Assembly: GCA_049521895.1 (NCBI GenBank) | Contig: JBEKOJ010000001.1 | Span: forward strand, 34,717 to 98,716 | Direction: 5' to 3' | From: Candidatus Saccharimonadales bacterium | GTDB taxonomy: Bacteria > Patescibacteriota > Saccharimonadia > Saccharimonadales > UBA10212 | DNA: 64,000 bases | Shown: positions 16,883-25,943 of the stretch, piece by piece | Layout: the number at the start of each line of letters is the position of its first letter | Position numbering within the stretch: the stretch's first letter is position 1 | Translations under genes and position numbers: made by a program | Notes under the pieces: generated by a model | What the model was told of the DNA's origin: nothing | The model's database searches: none | Seen by the model: only the letters and a program-made list of their open reading frames with translations

Positions 16883-17580
16883 TCAATAGAATAGTCACTC
16901 AGGGGATAGTGCTGTCGCGCACCGATTTTGGTGAGGCCGACCGGATTTTAACTTTTTTGACGCCGGATCACGGCAAAGTCCGCGCCATTGCCAAGGGTGT
17001 GCGTAAAACCAAAAGCAAATTGGCCGGCGGCATCGAGCTTTTTAGCATCTCTGATCTGACTTTTTTGATTGGCCGCAGCGAAATCAATACCCTTATGTCC
17101 AGCCGTCTGGCCAAACATTACGCCAACATCGTCAAAAACTTAGAGCGCACCAACGCCGGTTACGAAATTATAAAACTGATCAATAGAGTTACCGAAGACG
17201 CTGCCGAAGCTGCTTATTTCGATCTGTTGAAGTCGGCGTTTGCAGCCTTGGACGATGATTCAATAAATCTTGAGCTGGTCCGTGTCTGGTTTAGCGCCCA
17301 GCTGCTAAGACTGGCCGGCCACACGCCTAACCTGCGCACTGATGCCAGCGGCAAAAAACTACAATCCGGCAAAAAATACGAATTTAATTTTGACACTATG
17401 GGCTTCCAAGCCAGTAACGCCAGCCATGATTCGTTCAATGCCGACCAAATCAAGTTTCTGCGCATAATCTTCAGCGACAACCAGCCAAAAACCGTGCAAA
17501 AAGTGCAGGGGGCGGACAACCTTGCCGCCAAAGCTGCACCGCTGGTCCTATCTATGCTCCAAACCCACATCCGGATATAA
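16879..17580 (+). CDS. recO: DNA repair protein RecO
   Basis: Sequence GIVLSRTDFGEADRILTFLTPDHGKVRAIAKGVRK; 233 aa. ATGA overlap with the upstream gene. Confidence 0.8.
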   Translation: MINRIVTQGIVLSRTDFGEADRILTFLTPDHGKVRAIAKGVRKTKSKLAGGIELFSISDLTFLIGRSEINTLMSSRLAKHYANIVKNLERTNAGYEIIKLINRVTEDAAEAAYFDLLKSAFAALDDDSINLELVRVWFSAQLLRLAGHTPNLRTDASGKKLQSGKKYEFNFDTMGFQASNASHDSFNADQIKFLRIIFSDNQPKTVQKVQGADNLAAKAAPLVLSMLQTHIRI

Positions 17581-17717
17581 CCATTTTGAAAGACAACCTC
17601 TGGTTTTCCTGGTAGCGCTCCAGTCGGCAAAGCCGCCCCTAAAGGGCAAGTTGGGCTACTACCTTTCCTCTAACACAATTGTTACAAGAGTTTGTTTTCG
17701 GATATAATCGCATTTAA

Positions 17718-18362
17718 ATGGCGCAAATTACAGAAATCTACAAACGCTACAAAATTATGCCTTCTCTCCAAGAGCACCAACTGAGGGTGGCGGCTGTGGC
17801 CAAACAGATTTGCGATAACTTCGAAAAGCCAGTCAACCAAGGGACTATCATAAAAGCCTGCTTAATTCACGACATGGGCAACATATTGAAGTCTGACCTG
17901 ACCCAGTTTCCGGGATTCTTGGAGCCCGAGGGCCTAGAATATTGGGAAGAAATTAAGCGACAAACAGTACGCAAATACCATACGACCGACTCGCACCACT
18001 TATCTTTAGGAATTGCCAGCGAGCTTAACATGCCCACGGAGGTCATAGAGCTAGTTAACTGCATCACCTACTCAAACACGAAGTCTAACTCTACTACCAA
18101 AAACTTCGGGAAGAAAATCTGTGCCTATTCCGATATGCGGGTCGGCCCTTATGGCGTGATACCACTGGAAGACAGAATTGCCGATTTGCACATACGCTAT
18201 GCAGGTTGGAAGAACACCACTTCGCGCCCTAGATACGAAGCTGACGATAACCTTCGTGAAATAGAAAAACAAATCTTCGCGCACGCCTCAATAAGGCCGC
18301 CAGATATCACTGATGAATCAATCAGATCTATAGTCGAGCAACTTCGAACTTACGAAATTTAG
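17718..18362 (+). CDS. HD-domain phosphohydrolase
   Basis: HD dyad in LIHDMGNI. 214 aa. TATAAT (17703-17708) sits 9 nt before the ATG. Confidence 0.6.
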   Translation: MAQITEIYKRYKIMPSLQEHQLRVAAVAKQICDNFEKPVNQGTIIKACLIHDMGNILKSDLTQFPGFLEPEGLEYWEEIKRQTVRKYHTTDSHHLSLGIASELNMPTEVIELVNCITYSNTKSNSTTKNFGKKICAYSDMRVGPYGVIPLEDRIADLHIRYAGWKNTTSRPRYEADDNLREIEKQIFAHASIRPPDITDESIRSIVEQLRTYEI

Positions 18363-18564
18363 CTCTAGACGCTATAATCTGTAGTTAAGATGACTAGATT
18401 TACCATGGTCAATGCATTTGTTCTTGGGCGAGGAAACAGCGAGGAGCGCAAATGAGGTGTATGAAGCAATACATTGAATGCGCACCGGAGCTAGCTGACA
18501 ATGCTCAAGGACAGAAACTACTTCAGCATGCCGGGCTTTGCTCGGCAACAGGAAGGAGTGGTGC

Positions 18565-19998
18565 ATGAGTGTGGGCTTAGATGATATTGTCTCTCTGGCT
18601 AAACGAAGAGGGTTTATTTACCCCAGCAGTGAGATTTACGGCGGCCTGTCCGGCGTTTATGACTACGGCCCGCTGGGTGTTATGCTCAAGCACAATTTGG
18701 AAAACATCTGGTGGAGCAGTTTCGTTACCGGCTGGGACGATATGTATCCCATGGACGCCGCCATTTTGATGAATAAGAAGGTTTGGGAAGCCAGCGGCCA
18801 TGCCGCCGGTTTTAATGACCCACTGGTAGAGTGCGGCAACTGCCATAGTATCTTTCGGGCAGATAAAATCGATACTAAAAAATGTCCAACTTGCGGCAAA
18901 GAAGGCACGTTTGGGAAGCCCTTAGATTTTAATTTGATGTTCAGAACCCAAACAGGTCCGACCTGGGGATCTTTTGAACCAACAGAAAAATCACATCTCA
19001 CAGGGACGTTAACGGAAAAAGGTAAAGATGGCCGGCCGTTAAGAGAATTTACAATAAAAGAACTCGATCGAAATAATAGTGTAATGGTTTATGACAAACA
19101 AGGTCTAACCTATCTGCGGCCGGAAACGGCGCAGGGTATGTTTGTGAACTTTAAGAATGTTTTGGACACCGTCCAGCCGGACTTGCCATTTGGCCTAGCG
19201 CAAATCGGCAAGGGCTTTCGTAACGAAATTTCTCCGCGCGACTGGCTGTTTCGCATGCGGGAGTTCGAGATGATGGAGATAGAATATTTTATAAAGCCTA
19301 CCGAATGGGAAAAATACTTCGAGCAGTGGCGCGCCGGCATGATGACCTTCTTCAAAAAAGTCGGCTTGTCGGAAAGTATGGTACACGAAAAAGAAGTGCC
19401 AGAAGCTGACCGCGCGCATTATTCCCAGCGTACTATAGATTTTGAGTTTGATTTTCCGTTCGGTAAGGACGAGCTAGCCGGCTTGGCTTACAGGGGTGAT
19501 TATGATCTTAGCAACCACCAAAAAACTTCCGGCAAAGATTTGCGCTACCGGCCAAAAAACGGCGGCGAGCCGTTTTTGCCGCATGTCATAGAGCCGAGTT
19601 TTGGTGTGGAACGCTTAGTCTTGGCTTTGCTAGCTTCGGCTTACGCCGAGGATGAGCAGGGCGGGGAAAAGCGTACATATCTTAAGCTGAATGCCTCAGC
19701 CGCCCCTGTTAAAGTTGCTGTATTTCCGCTGCTCAAAAACAAGCCGGAACTGGCCAAAAAAGCCCGCGAAGTTTATAAAATGCTCAAAGACGAACTGGGT
19801 TCAGTAGAATTTGATGATAACGGCAACATCGGCAAGCGTTACCGCCGCCAAGACGAAATCGGCACCCCCTATTGCATAACTATTGATTTTGAAACGTTAG
19901 ATAACAACACTGTCACCCTCCGCAACCGCGACACCACCGAGCAGCAGCGGATAAAAGTCGAAGGCTCACTGCAAATGCTCAAATACTTCAAATGGTAA
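18565..19998 (+). CDS. glyQS: glycine--tRNA ligase (single-chain class II type)
   Basis: Sequence IVSLAKRRGFIYPSSEIYGG, class II motifs (FRNEISPR, GVERL) and a Cys4 insert CGNC...CPTCG. ATG follows an AGGAAGGAG SD. Confidence 0.9.
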   Translation: MSVGLDDIVSLAKRRGFIYPSSEIYGGLSGVYDYGPLGVMLKHNLENIWWSSFVTGWDDMYPMDAAILMNKKVWEASGHAAGFNDPLVECGNCHSIFRADKIDTKKCPTCGKEGTFGKPLDFNLMFRTQTGPTWGSFEPTEKSHLTGTLTEKGKDGRPLREFTIKELDRNNSVMVYDKQGLTYLRPETAQGMFVNFKNVLDTVQPDLPFGLAQIGKGFRNEISPRDWLFRMREFEMMEIEYFIKPTEWEKYFEQWRAGMMTFFKKVGLSESMVHEKEVPEADRAHYSQRTIDFEFDFPFGKDELAGLAYRGDYDLSNHQKTSGKDLRYRPKNGGEPFLPHVIEPSFGVERLVLALLASAYAEDEQGGEKRTYLKLNASAAPVKVAVFPLLKNKPELAKKAREVYKMLKDELGSVEFDDNGNIGKRYRRQDEIGTPYCITIDFETLDNNTVTLRNRDTTEQQRIKVEGSLQMLKYFKW

Positions 19999-20187
19999 TT
20001 ACAATGACTATCCGTCACCGTGGTACTACCGAACAAAAAAGAGTTCCCATACCAGATCTTAGCTCAAACTTCGTCTGAGTAAGATTAATAACAATCCGAT
20101 ATCCTACGGATAATCATAGTGTAGTATTATTAGCATCATATTAAGGTGTTACATATATCATTCCGATAACCAGATTAAAAATTTTAC

Positions 20188-20235
20188 TTGACTATTTGAA
20201 TCCGATTAGTTAATCTGTTAGATAGCTAATCTAAC
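20188..20235 (+). promoter_or_regulatory. promoter TTGACT-17-TAATCT with overlapping 7-N5-7 inverted repeat GTTAGAT/ATCTAAC
   Basis: -35 at 20188-20193, -10 at 20211-20216, IR at 20217-20223 and 20229-20235. Confidence 0.45.
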
Positions 20236-20251
20236 TATGGAGGTTAAAAAA

Positions 20252-20821
20252 ATGGCTGCAAAAATTATGGATACATTGTGGGATTTTATAAAATCGGCAG
20301 AACGCAGTAGGAAATATCCACCTAATACCGCCCTGGGTCTAAGAAATGCTCTTAAATTGTTTGAAACGGAGCTCAACGAAGAAGAAGCCCAGTCACTGGA
20401 TGTCTTTAAGGACCATTTGGAGCAAATTTACAGGGGTGTTTTTGAAAAAAATAAGAACCGGATGTCAGTGGGTTCTATCGAAACATACAAAACTCGAGTA
20501 AAAAGAGTACTGAGCGATTACGGCAAGTACGGCCTTGAACCATCTAAATTTGCCTCTTGGTCGCCCACAGTTAAGCGGGTAAGCACTCGGAAGAAGAAAA
20601 CTGAAGATACGAATTCGGTCGTTGGTCCTTCGGTTGGGGTTCCGGCAGATGAATCCCTTGCACCTCCACGGACGCTCCCCTCTGGTGTCATCGTTGTTTT
20701 TCCTAAATCGTTAGATAAACATGTTAGTTTCGGAGAGTTTGGGGATGTATTAAAAGCACTCGACACAAAGGCTAATAATCTGAAGGAAGATACTAATGGA
20801 CAAGGTGAAGACGAATCTTAG
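20252..20821 (+). CDS. hypothetical protein, partner of NYN gene 1 (alternative start 20237)
   Basis: GGAGG sits 9 nt before ATG 20252. Helical N-terminal half, acidic tail EDES. No confident domain. Confidence 0.4.
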   Translation: MAAKIMDTLWDFIKSAERSRKYPPNTALGLRNALKLFETELNEEEAQSLDVFKDHLEQIYRGVFEKNKNRMSVGSIETYKTRVKRVLSDYGKYGLEPSKFASWSPTVKRVSTRKKKTEDTNSVVGPSVGVPADESLAPPRTLPSGVIVVFPKSLDKHVSFGEFGDVLKALDTKANNLKEDTNGQGEDES

Positions 20822-21338
20822 GCCCAAAAGAGTATTTGCTTTCATTGATAGCCAGAACCTACATCTTGGCGTTCAGAGCGCTGGCTGGAAACTGGATTTT
20901 CGCAAATTCCGGCTATATCTTAAAAATAAATATCAAGTATCAAAAGCCTATCTTTTCATCGGCCAAGTTCCTGGGAACGAAGCTATGTACGCTCACCTAC
21001 AAGAAATGGGCAACATTCTAGTATTCAAGCCCACAATGCAGTACAAGAAGGCTGGAAAGATAAAAACGAAAGGCAACGTCGACGCCGAGGTCGTTCTTTA
21101 TGCCAGTGCGATAACATTTAGCGATTATGATCATGCCATCATCGTAAGTGGTGACGGAGATTTTCACTGCCTCATCGAATTCCTAGAAAATAAGGGCAAA
21201 TTACTAAAACTTATGACACCGAATGATCACTACTCGAGTTTATTGCGTCGTTTCTCATCCAAGATCGTGAGGGTTGATCAACTAAAGAGTGCGCTGGAAC
21301 TAAAAAAGACTGGCATCGGCGGTCGGTCGAAACCTTAG
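20796..21338 (+). CDS. NYN (LabA-like, PIN-related) domain protein, paralog 1
   Basis: Sequence AFIDSQNLHLGV ... KGNVDAEVV ... IIVSGDGDF. Overlaps the upstream ORF by 26 nt. Confidence 0.7.
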   Translation: MDKVKTNLRPKRVFAFIDSQNLHLGVQSAGWKLDFRKFRLYLKNKYQVSKAYLFIGQVPGNEAMYAHLQEMGNILVFKPTMQYKKAGKIKTKGNVDAEVVLYASAITFSDYDHAIIVSGDGDFHCLIEFLENKGKLLKLMTPNDHYSSLLRRFSSKIVRVDQLKSALELKKTGIGGRSKP

Positions 21339-21476
21339 GCCTATCCAGTCATCGTGATATCTAAATAATACACCAGTATTTTATTATTGTCAAACATATT
21401 TTTAACACTTTGTAAAGTCTGTGGAAAAGCATAAGTGTTTTAGAGGCAATGGGTAATACTTAACAACCTAAGCAAT

Positions 21477-21503
21477 CCGGATTTCCCAAAACCAGCGTAA
21501 AAT
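21477..21503 (+). promoter_or_regulatory. cassette junction motif, long form, copy 1
   Basis: Sequence ccggatttcccaaaaccagcgtaaaat. A separate TATAAT (21529-21534) sits 8 nt before ATG 21543. Confidence 0.6.
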
Positions 21504-21542
21504 AATTTTCAAAATGATTTAATTAGTATATAATATTGTTCT

Positions 21543-22169
21543 ATGTCGGTTGGTTATGATCCCTCTAGAGGGCCAGTGTATGAGCCTATTACAGACACCC
21601 AGAAGGCACGGATCGGTAGTGCGCTTACTGAGAGAATTGGTCAAGCTGTTATTGTTGATAAATTGGCTAATCGGAGTAGGAACTTCTGGATCTTTAGTTT
21701 TGAAGAACCAGAAGCCGTGATCGACTCAGAAGGCACAATCCCCCAGTATATGATTGTGGCGAGCGAAGGGGACATGGGTGCTACGAGGTGGTTTCGTGTG
21801 TTGGTAAAAAAGACGGGTCTAGGCTCTGGTACACCCAAGACAGAAGCCTATCGCGTGGAAATGTTAAAAAACACTCAATTTGCCGCGAAAGTCAGCAAGG
21901 CAACAGTAAGGCTGGATCATGTAGATGCGACCATTGAAGACAGCGGAGAAGATCAAGACGACCTGGAGGTTGGCTATGTAGTAGCTGCAGTGAGCGGCGG
22001 ACTAACTCCGGCTGCTCAGTCATACTCGGACGTTATGGAATCTGAGCTAGGGTCTCAATGGGCGCTAGGGGAATGTTCTAGCGACGAAGCTGAGCATTTT
22101 GCCGATTTGCTTATCAACTCCAAAGTCAGCGACTTGTCCTTACCAGACCTTGCGACAGGTAACTACTAG
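21543..22169 (+). CDS. hypothetical protein
   Basis: 208-aa ORF with an acidic C-terminal half. No recognisable domain. Confidence 0.4.
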   Translation: MSVGYDPSRGPVYEPITDTQKARIGSALTERIGQAVIVDKLANRSRNFWIFSFEEPEAVIDSEGTIPQYMIVASEGDMGATRWFRVLVKKTGLGSGTPKTEAYRVEMLKNTQFAAKVSKATVRLDHVDATIEDSGEDQDDLEVGYVVAAVSGGLTPAAQSYSDVMESELGSQWALGECSSDEAEHFADLLINSKVSDLSLPDLATGNY

Positions 22170-22178
22170 CCAAGGCAG

Positions 22179-22206
22179 CCCGGATTTCCCAAAACCAGCG
22201 TAAAAT
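22179..22206 (+). promoter_or_regulatory. cassette junction motif, long form, copy 2
   Basis: Sequence cccggatttcccaaaaccagcgtaaaat. TAAAAT ends 8 nt before ATG 22215. Confidence 0.6.
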
Positions 22207-22214
22207 ATAACCAA

Positions 22215-23006
22215 ATGTATAGGTCATTTACGGCTGCGGATTACAGAAAGCACTTTGGTCTGCCTACGGATTATTCCATCGATGGCATCCTTTGCGCAGG
22301 GTCAATTTACTCACACGAAGAAAACGGGCAGCTTAAAGCCGGTTTGAAGGCCATAAACCGACCCTATACTTTACATCAAATAGCCGTAACCGGCAAAAAC
22401 AACCAAGATTTCCTAAGATTTATTAAAGAACTTCATATTGGCAATAAAAAATTGTGGTATTTTTGCATTTACGGCGGTGCCTTACTGAGTGAATACTTGC
22501 ATTTTGGCTACCTTTTCGGAGCCAAGAAAACCATTCTAGTCGGCATGTGTGGGGGATTGAACCAACAGGCGAATGTCGGCGACATTATTATTCCGGATAA
22601 GGCTCATTCCGATGGCAGTACCGCGCATATGTACGACCGTGAGCACCAAGAGCTCCAACCAAGCGACAAATCGCTTTCTGCAGAATTAGAAAAAGTCTGC
22701 CAAGCGCACGGGCTTAACGTGCACCGCGGCAAGACCATGACTTGCCAAGCGATGATAGCTGAAACCTGGGAGGATGTGCAGACCTGGTCCAAAGCCGGAT
22801 ATTTAGGCGTGGAGATGGAGGCCGCTACAGTCTTTGCTGTTTCTAGTCATTTTGAAAAACCTGCCGCCGCCATTTTATCGGTTGCCGATAACTTGATTAA
22901 ACAAGAAACGAACTTGCATGAAAAATATCATGCCGCGGAGGAACACCGATTGGAAGTAAAACAGGCACAATATCAGATCGCAATCAAGATTTTGTTGAAC
23001 GACTAA
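22215..23006 (+). CDS. PNP/UDP-1 family nucleoside phosphorylase
   Basis: Sequence GVEMEAATVFAVS, as in DeoD/Udp-type enzymes. 263 aa. Confidence 0.65.
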   Translation: MYRSFTAADYRKHFGLPTDYSIDGILCAGSIYSHEENGQLKAGLKAINRPYTLHQIAVTGKNNQDFLRFIKELHIGNKKLWYFCIYGGALLSEYLHFGYLFGAKKTILVGMCGGLNQQANVGDIIIPDKAHSDGSTAHMYDREHQELQPSDKSLSAELEKVCQAHGLNVHRGKTMTCQAMIAETWEDVQTWSKAGYLGVEMEAATVFAVSSHFEKPAAAILSVADNLIKQETNLHEKYHAAEEHRLEVKQAQYQIAIKILLND

Positions 23007-23023
23007 GTCTCGCCAAACTTCGG

Positions 23024-23050
23024 CCCGAATTCCCAAAACCAGAGTAAAAT
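23024..23050 (+). promoter_or_regulatory. cassette junction motif, long form, copy 3
   Basis: Sequence cccgaattcccaaaaccagagtaaaat, 8 nt before ATG 23059. Confidence 0.6.
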
Positions 23051-23058
23051 AAGCCAAG

Positions 23059-23448
23059 ATGAGAGCTAATAAACTTAGCATTCAAATTGACTGGCCGGTC
23101 AAAGATGTTTTTAACTTCGTAACCGATCCAGCTAACACTCCAAAATGGATAGATCTTATAGCCAAGGAAGAAACAAACGAGTGGCCAGTGAAACTTGGCA
23201 CTATCTACAAAAATCAAGACAAGACGGGAGAGTGGAGAAATCTCGAGATGACAGAATTTGAAGAAAATAAAATGTTCGTTATGACCAACCGCGCGACTGG
23301 CTATCACGTGAGATATACACTGACACAGCTTGGTAATAACTCAACTGAGCTAGAGTATTACGAATGGATAGATAACGGTGGGTTCGAAGAACCTTTCACG
23401 ATACAACCCTTGGAAAAGCTAAAATCAATTCTTGAAAAACCAGCGTAA
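23059..23448 (+). CDS. SRPBCC (START/AHSA1-like) small ligand-binding protein
   Basis: 129 aa. The N-terminal pattern I..DWPVKDVFNFVTDPANTPKW is typical of SRPBCC proteins. Low-information call. Confidence 0.45.
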   Translation: MRANKLSIQIDWPVKDVFNFVTDPANTPKWIDLIAKEETNEWPVKLGTIYKNQDKTGEWRNLEMTEFEENKMFVMTNRATGYHVRYTLTQLGNNSTELEYYEWIDNGGFEEPFTIQPLEKLKSILEKPA

Positions 23449-23451
23449 AAT
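23435..23451 (+). promoter_or_regulatory. cassette junction motif, core form, copy 4 (contains the stop of 23059..23448)
   Basis: Sequence aaaaaccagcgtaaaat. TAAAAT ends 6 nt before ATG 23458. Confidence 0.6.
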
Positions 23452-23457
23452 AATTCT

Positions 23458-23856
23458 ATGAGTAAGACCTACTGCGTAGCTTCGGCGATCATTAAAAACA
23501 GCGACAAATACTTCATTGCTAAGCGGGCAGATAGCAAAAAATTCGCCCCGGGCCACTGGGAGTTTATAAGCGGTTTTATAGAAGACCACGAAGCCGCAGA
23601 AGATACAATTCTGAAAGAACTCCGCGAAGAAATTAATGCTGAGGGTAGGATTGAAAAAGTACTGGACATCTACCAATTTGGTGATGAACACGGCCGCTGG
23701 ATTGTCGTGCCATTTGTGATTAGCGTAAAAGACTCAAACATTCAAACCAACCCAGCCGAACACAGCGAGGGCAGGTGGGTCGCCTGGGAAGAGCTGGAAC
23801 AGATGCCGGGGGAAGATCTACAAGAACAAGTCAGAGCCCTAAAAACCCGTCTGTAA
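23458..23856 (+). CDS. NUDIX hydrolase
   Basis: Nudix box GFIEDHEAAEDTILKELREEINAEG. 132 aa. Confidence 0.8.
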   Translation: MSKTYCVASAIIKNSDKYFIAKRADSKKFAPGHWEFISGFIEDHEAAEDTILKELREEINAEGRIEKVLDIYQFGDEHGRWIVVPFVISVKDSNIQTNPAEHSEGRWVAWEELEQMPGEDLQEQVRALKTRL

Positions 23857-23860
23857 TCAG

Positions 23861-23886
23861 CCCGGATTTCCCAAAACCAGCGTAAA
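23861..23886 (+). promoter_or_regulatory. cassette junction motif, long form, copy 5, split by a MITE after ...GCGTAAA
   Basis: Sequence cccggatttcccaaaaccagcgtaaa | MITE | taaaat (23957-23962), then 8 nt to ATG 23971. Confidence 0.6.
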
Positions 23887-23956
23887 CCCGGTAGTGAGCT
23901 ATCGAGATTTAATAATGTATCCGCAAAGCGGATAGACTCGAAAGTCTACTACGGGG
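23887..23956. mobile_element. MITE copy C (70-bp internally deleted derivative), target duplication TAAA
   Basis: TIRs are cccggtagtgagctatcgag and ctcgaaagtctactacgggg. TAAA is present on both flanks. Confidence 0.65.
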
Positions 23957-23970
23957 TAAAATAAAACCAA

Positions 23971-24678
23971 ATGAAGGCTGAGGATGTAAAAGCAGCTCTG
24001 GATAAATACACCGATAAAAAAGCTGCAGAATTTGCCCAGCGATTTTTCAAAACCTATGATGGCGGTTATGCCCAGGGCGATAAGTTCCTGGGGCTTAAAG
24101 TTCCGGTAACTCGGGAAGTGTGTAAAAAATTCAAAAATTTATCACTGCCAGAAATAGAAAAATTGCTGGCTAGCCCGATTCACGAGCACCGACTAGCAGC
24201 ACTAATTATCATGACCGAACAGGCCAAGAAAGCGGACTCGGAACATAAAAAGCAGCTTTATGATTTCTACCTAAGTCATACCAACCGTGTAAACAACTGG
24301 GATTTAGTGGACACCAGCTGCCCGGAAATTGTCGGTAGCTATTTACTCGATAAAGACCATACACCCCTGCATAAGCTAGCCCGCTCCAAAAACCTATGGG
24401 AAAAACGGATCGCCATGGTTAGCACCCTAAACTTTATACGTGCCGGCCAGCTAGATGATACCTTTGCCGTAGCCGAAATTTTGCTGCACGACGACCACGA
24501 CTTAATACATAAAGCCGTGGGCTGGATGCTGCGTTGTGCCGGCGACGTGGACAGGGAAGCGCTACTGAAATTTTTAGACGTCCATGCTCACGAACTTCGC
24601 CGCACAGCGCTCCGTTATTCATTGGAGCATCTAACACCAGACCAAAAACTGCACTATATAAACCCAAAAACAGAGTAA
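23971..24678 (+). CDS. DNA alkylation repair protein (AlkD/AlkC-like HEAT-repeat glycosylase family)
   Basis: Sequence AEFAQRFFKT...GDKFLGLKVP ... HEHRLAALIIM ... NNWDLVD. 235 aa. Confidence 0.65.
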   Translation: MKAEDVKAALDKYTDKKAAEFAQRFFKTYDGGYAQGDKFLGLKVPVTREVCKKFKNLSLPEIEKLLASPIHEHRLAALIIMTEQAKKADSEHKKQLYDFYLSHTNRVNNWDLVDTSCPEIVGSYLLDKDHTPLHKLARSKNLWEKRIAMVSTLNFIRAGQLDDTFAVAEILLHDDHDLIHKAVGWMLRCAGDVDREALLKFLDVHAHELRRTALRYSLEHLTPDQKLHYINPKTE

Positions 24679-24681
24679 AAT
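24666..24681 (+). promoter_or_regulatory. cassette junction motif, core form, copy 6 (contains the stop of 23971..24678)
   Basis: Sequence aaaaacagagtaaaat, 6 nt before ATG 24688. Confidence 0.6.
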
Positions 24682-24687
24682 AGGGCT

Positions 24688-25248
24688 ATGAAAAACGCGA
24701 TTTTATTACACGGCACAGACGGTAATCCAGAACACAACTGGTTCCCATGGCTCAAGCGAAAACTGGAAGCCAAGGGCTATAAAGTCTGGGCGCCAGTATT
24801 GCCCGGAAACCATACCCCGAATAGAAAGATCTATAATGATTTTATTTTCTCGCAGGGCGGGGACTTAACGGATGGCATAGTCGTTGGCCATTCATCTGGA
24901 GCAGTGAGCGTACTGAATTTACTTATGGATAAACGGTGTCCAAAAGTGAATCTTGCAGTAATGGTCAGCGCTTGGAAGGGCGGGGTACCGCTCCGATACG
25001 AACCGGACAACCAGCAATTCAAAGATTTATTCCCGCCGGATGGTTTCGATTTTAAACTGATAAAGGAAAAAGCAGGGAAAATAGCTTTTCTTCATAGTGA
25101 TAACGACCCCTATTGCCCGCTTGAACAAGCAGAATACCTTGCTAAACAGCTACACGCACCACTTACTGTCATACATGAGGGCGATCACTTAGGCTCCAAT
25201 CTCACAGAATTACCAGAGCTTTGGAAGATAATAGAACCAGTCTTGTAG
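24688..25248 (+). CDS. YdeN/RBBP9-type alpha/beta serine hydrolase
   Basis: Sequence ILLHG...NWFPWLK ... VGHSSGA ... D ... H. 186 aa. Confidence 0.55.
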   Translation: MKNAILLHGTDGNPEHNWFPWLKRKLEAKGYKVWAPVLPGNHTPNRKIYNDFIFSQGGDLTDGIVVGHSSGAVSVLNLLMDKRCPKVNLAVMVSAWKGGVPLRYEPDNQQFKDLFPPDGFDFKLIKEKAGKIAFLHSDNDPYCPLEQAEYLAKQLHAPLTVIHEGDHLGSNLTELPELWKIIEPVL

Positions 25249-25256
25249 AGGGAATA

Positions 25257-25288
25257 CCCCATAGTAATATCTGCGATATACTACGGGG
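25257..25288. repeat. 32-bp hairpin with MITE-like termini (CCCCATAGTA ... TACTACGGGG), preceded by GGGAATAC
   Basis: Read directly from the sequence. No target duplication, so this may be a solo-TIR remnant or a terminator. Confidence 0.4.
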
Positions 25289-25354
25289 CAGGCTTAACGA
25301 GTCAAGCAACTGGCAGTATTGCTAATAGACAGTAAAGATTATATAATTTATCTT

Positions 25355-25936
25355 ATGACTAGATCCGGAGCAGAAATATCACCCGTCGAATCCAGTGAGG
25401 AGCTGGCACAAGCGTGGAAAGAATATGGATTCGATCCGCCTGGAGGCGTAGATGCTTGGGCGGAAGCCGTAGAAGCTGATCGAAATGGCGTTTTAGTCGC
25501 GCGACTTTCTGCGATGGCTGTTGGTTTTGTGACCGTGAAGTGGTCCGGACCTTCTGTGCGCGAGCCTGAAGTTACGGAGGCGCTTACTACTGAATTTCCG
25601 GATGAGCAACCAATCCCAACCATCTATTCGCTTAACGTCCAGCAGCAACATCGAAGGAAGGGGATAGGCTGGGACCTGATGGTTGCTACCGAACACGCCA
25701 TAATAGATAGGCCTGGCACTGTCCTGCGTTCTGCTCTGAGTGTGCAAACTAATAACAAGGATGCCCTGCCACTTTATATATCTTTAGGCTACCAAATCGT
25801 GCCATATAGGGGTCGAAAAATGGTGGTTCTGGATCGCCCTGAGTATGACGAGCAAGGTCAACTAGTTCGTAGCACTAAACCAGTTTTTATTATGACCAAA
25901 GATTTATCTGACCTTCGCAAAAACAGAGTAAAATAG
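25355..25936 (+). CDS. GNAT family N-acetyltransferase
   Basis: Acetyl-CoA motif QQHRRKGIGWDLM. TATAAT (25342-25347) sits 7 nt before ATG 25355. The track start at 25319 is TTG. Confidence 0.65.
   Translation: MTRSGAEISPVESSEELAQAWKEYGFDPPGGVDAWAEAVEADRNGVLVARLSAMAVGFVTVKWSGPSVREPEVTEALTTEFPDEQPIPTIYSLNVQQQHRRKGIGWDLMVATEHAIIDRPGTVLRSALSVQTNNKDALPLYISLGYQIVPYRGRKMVVLDRPEYDEQGQLVRSTKPVFIMTKDLSDLRKNRVK
25919..25934 (+). promoter_or_regulatory. cassette junction motif, core form, copy 7
   Basis: Sequence aaaaacagagtaaaat, 9 nt before ATG 25944. The GNAT ORF reads through it in another frame. Confidence 0.6.
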
Positions 25937-25943
25937 GTCCAGC

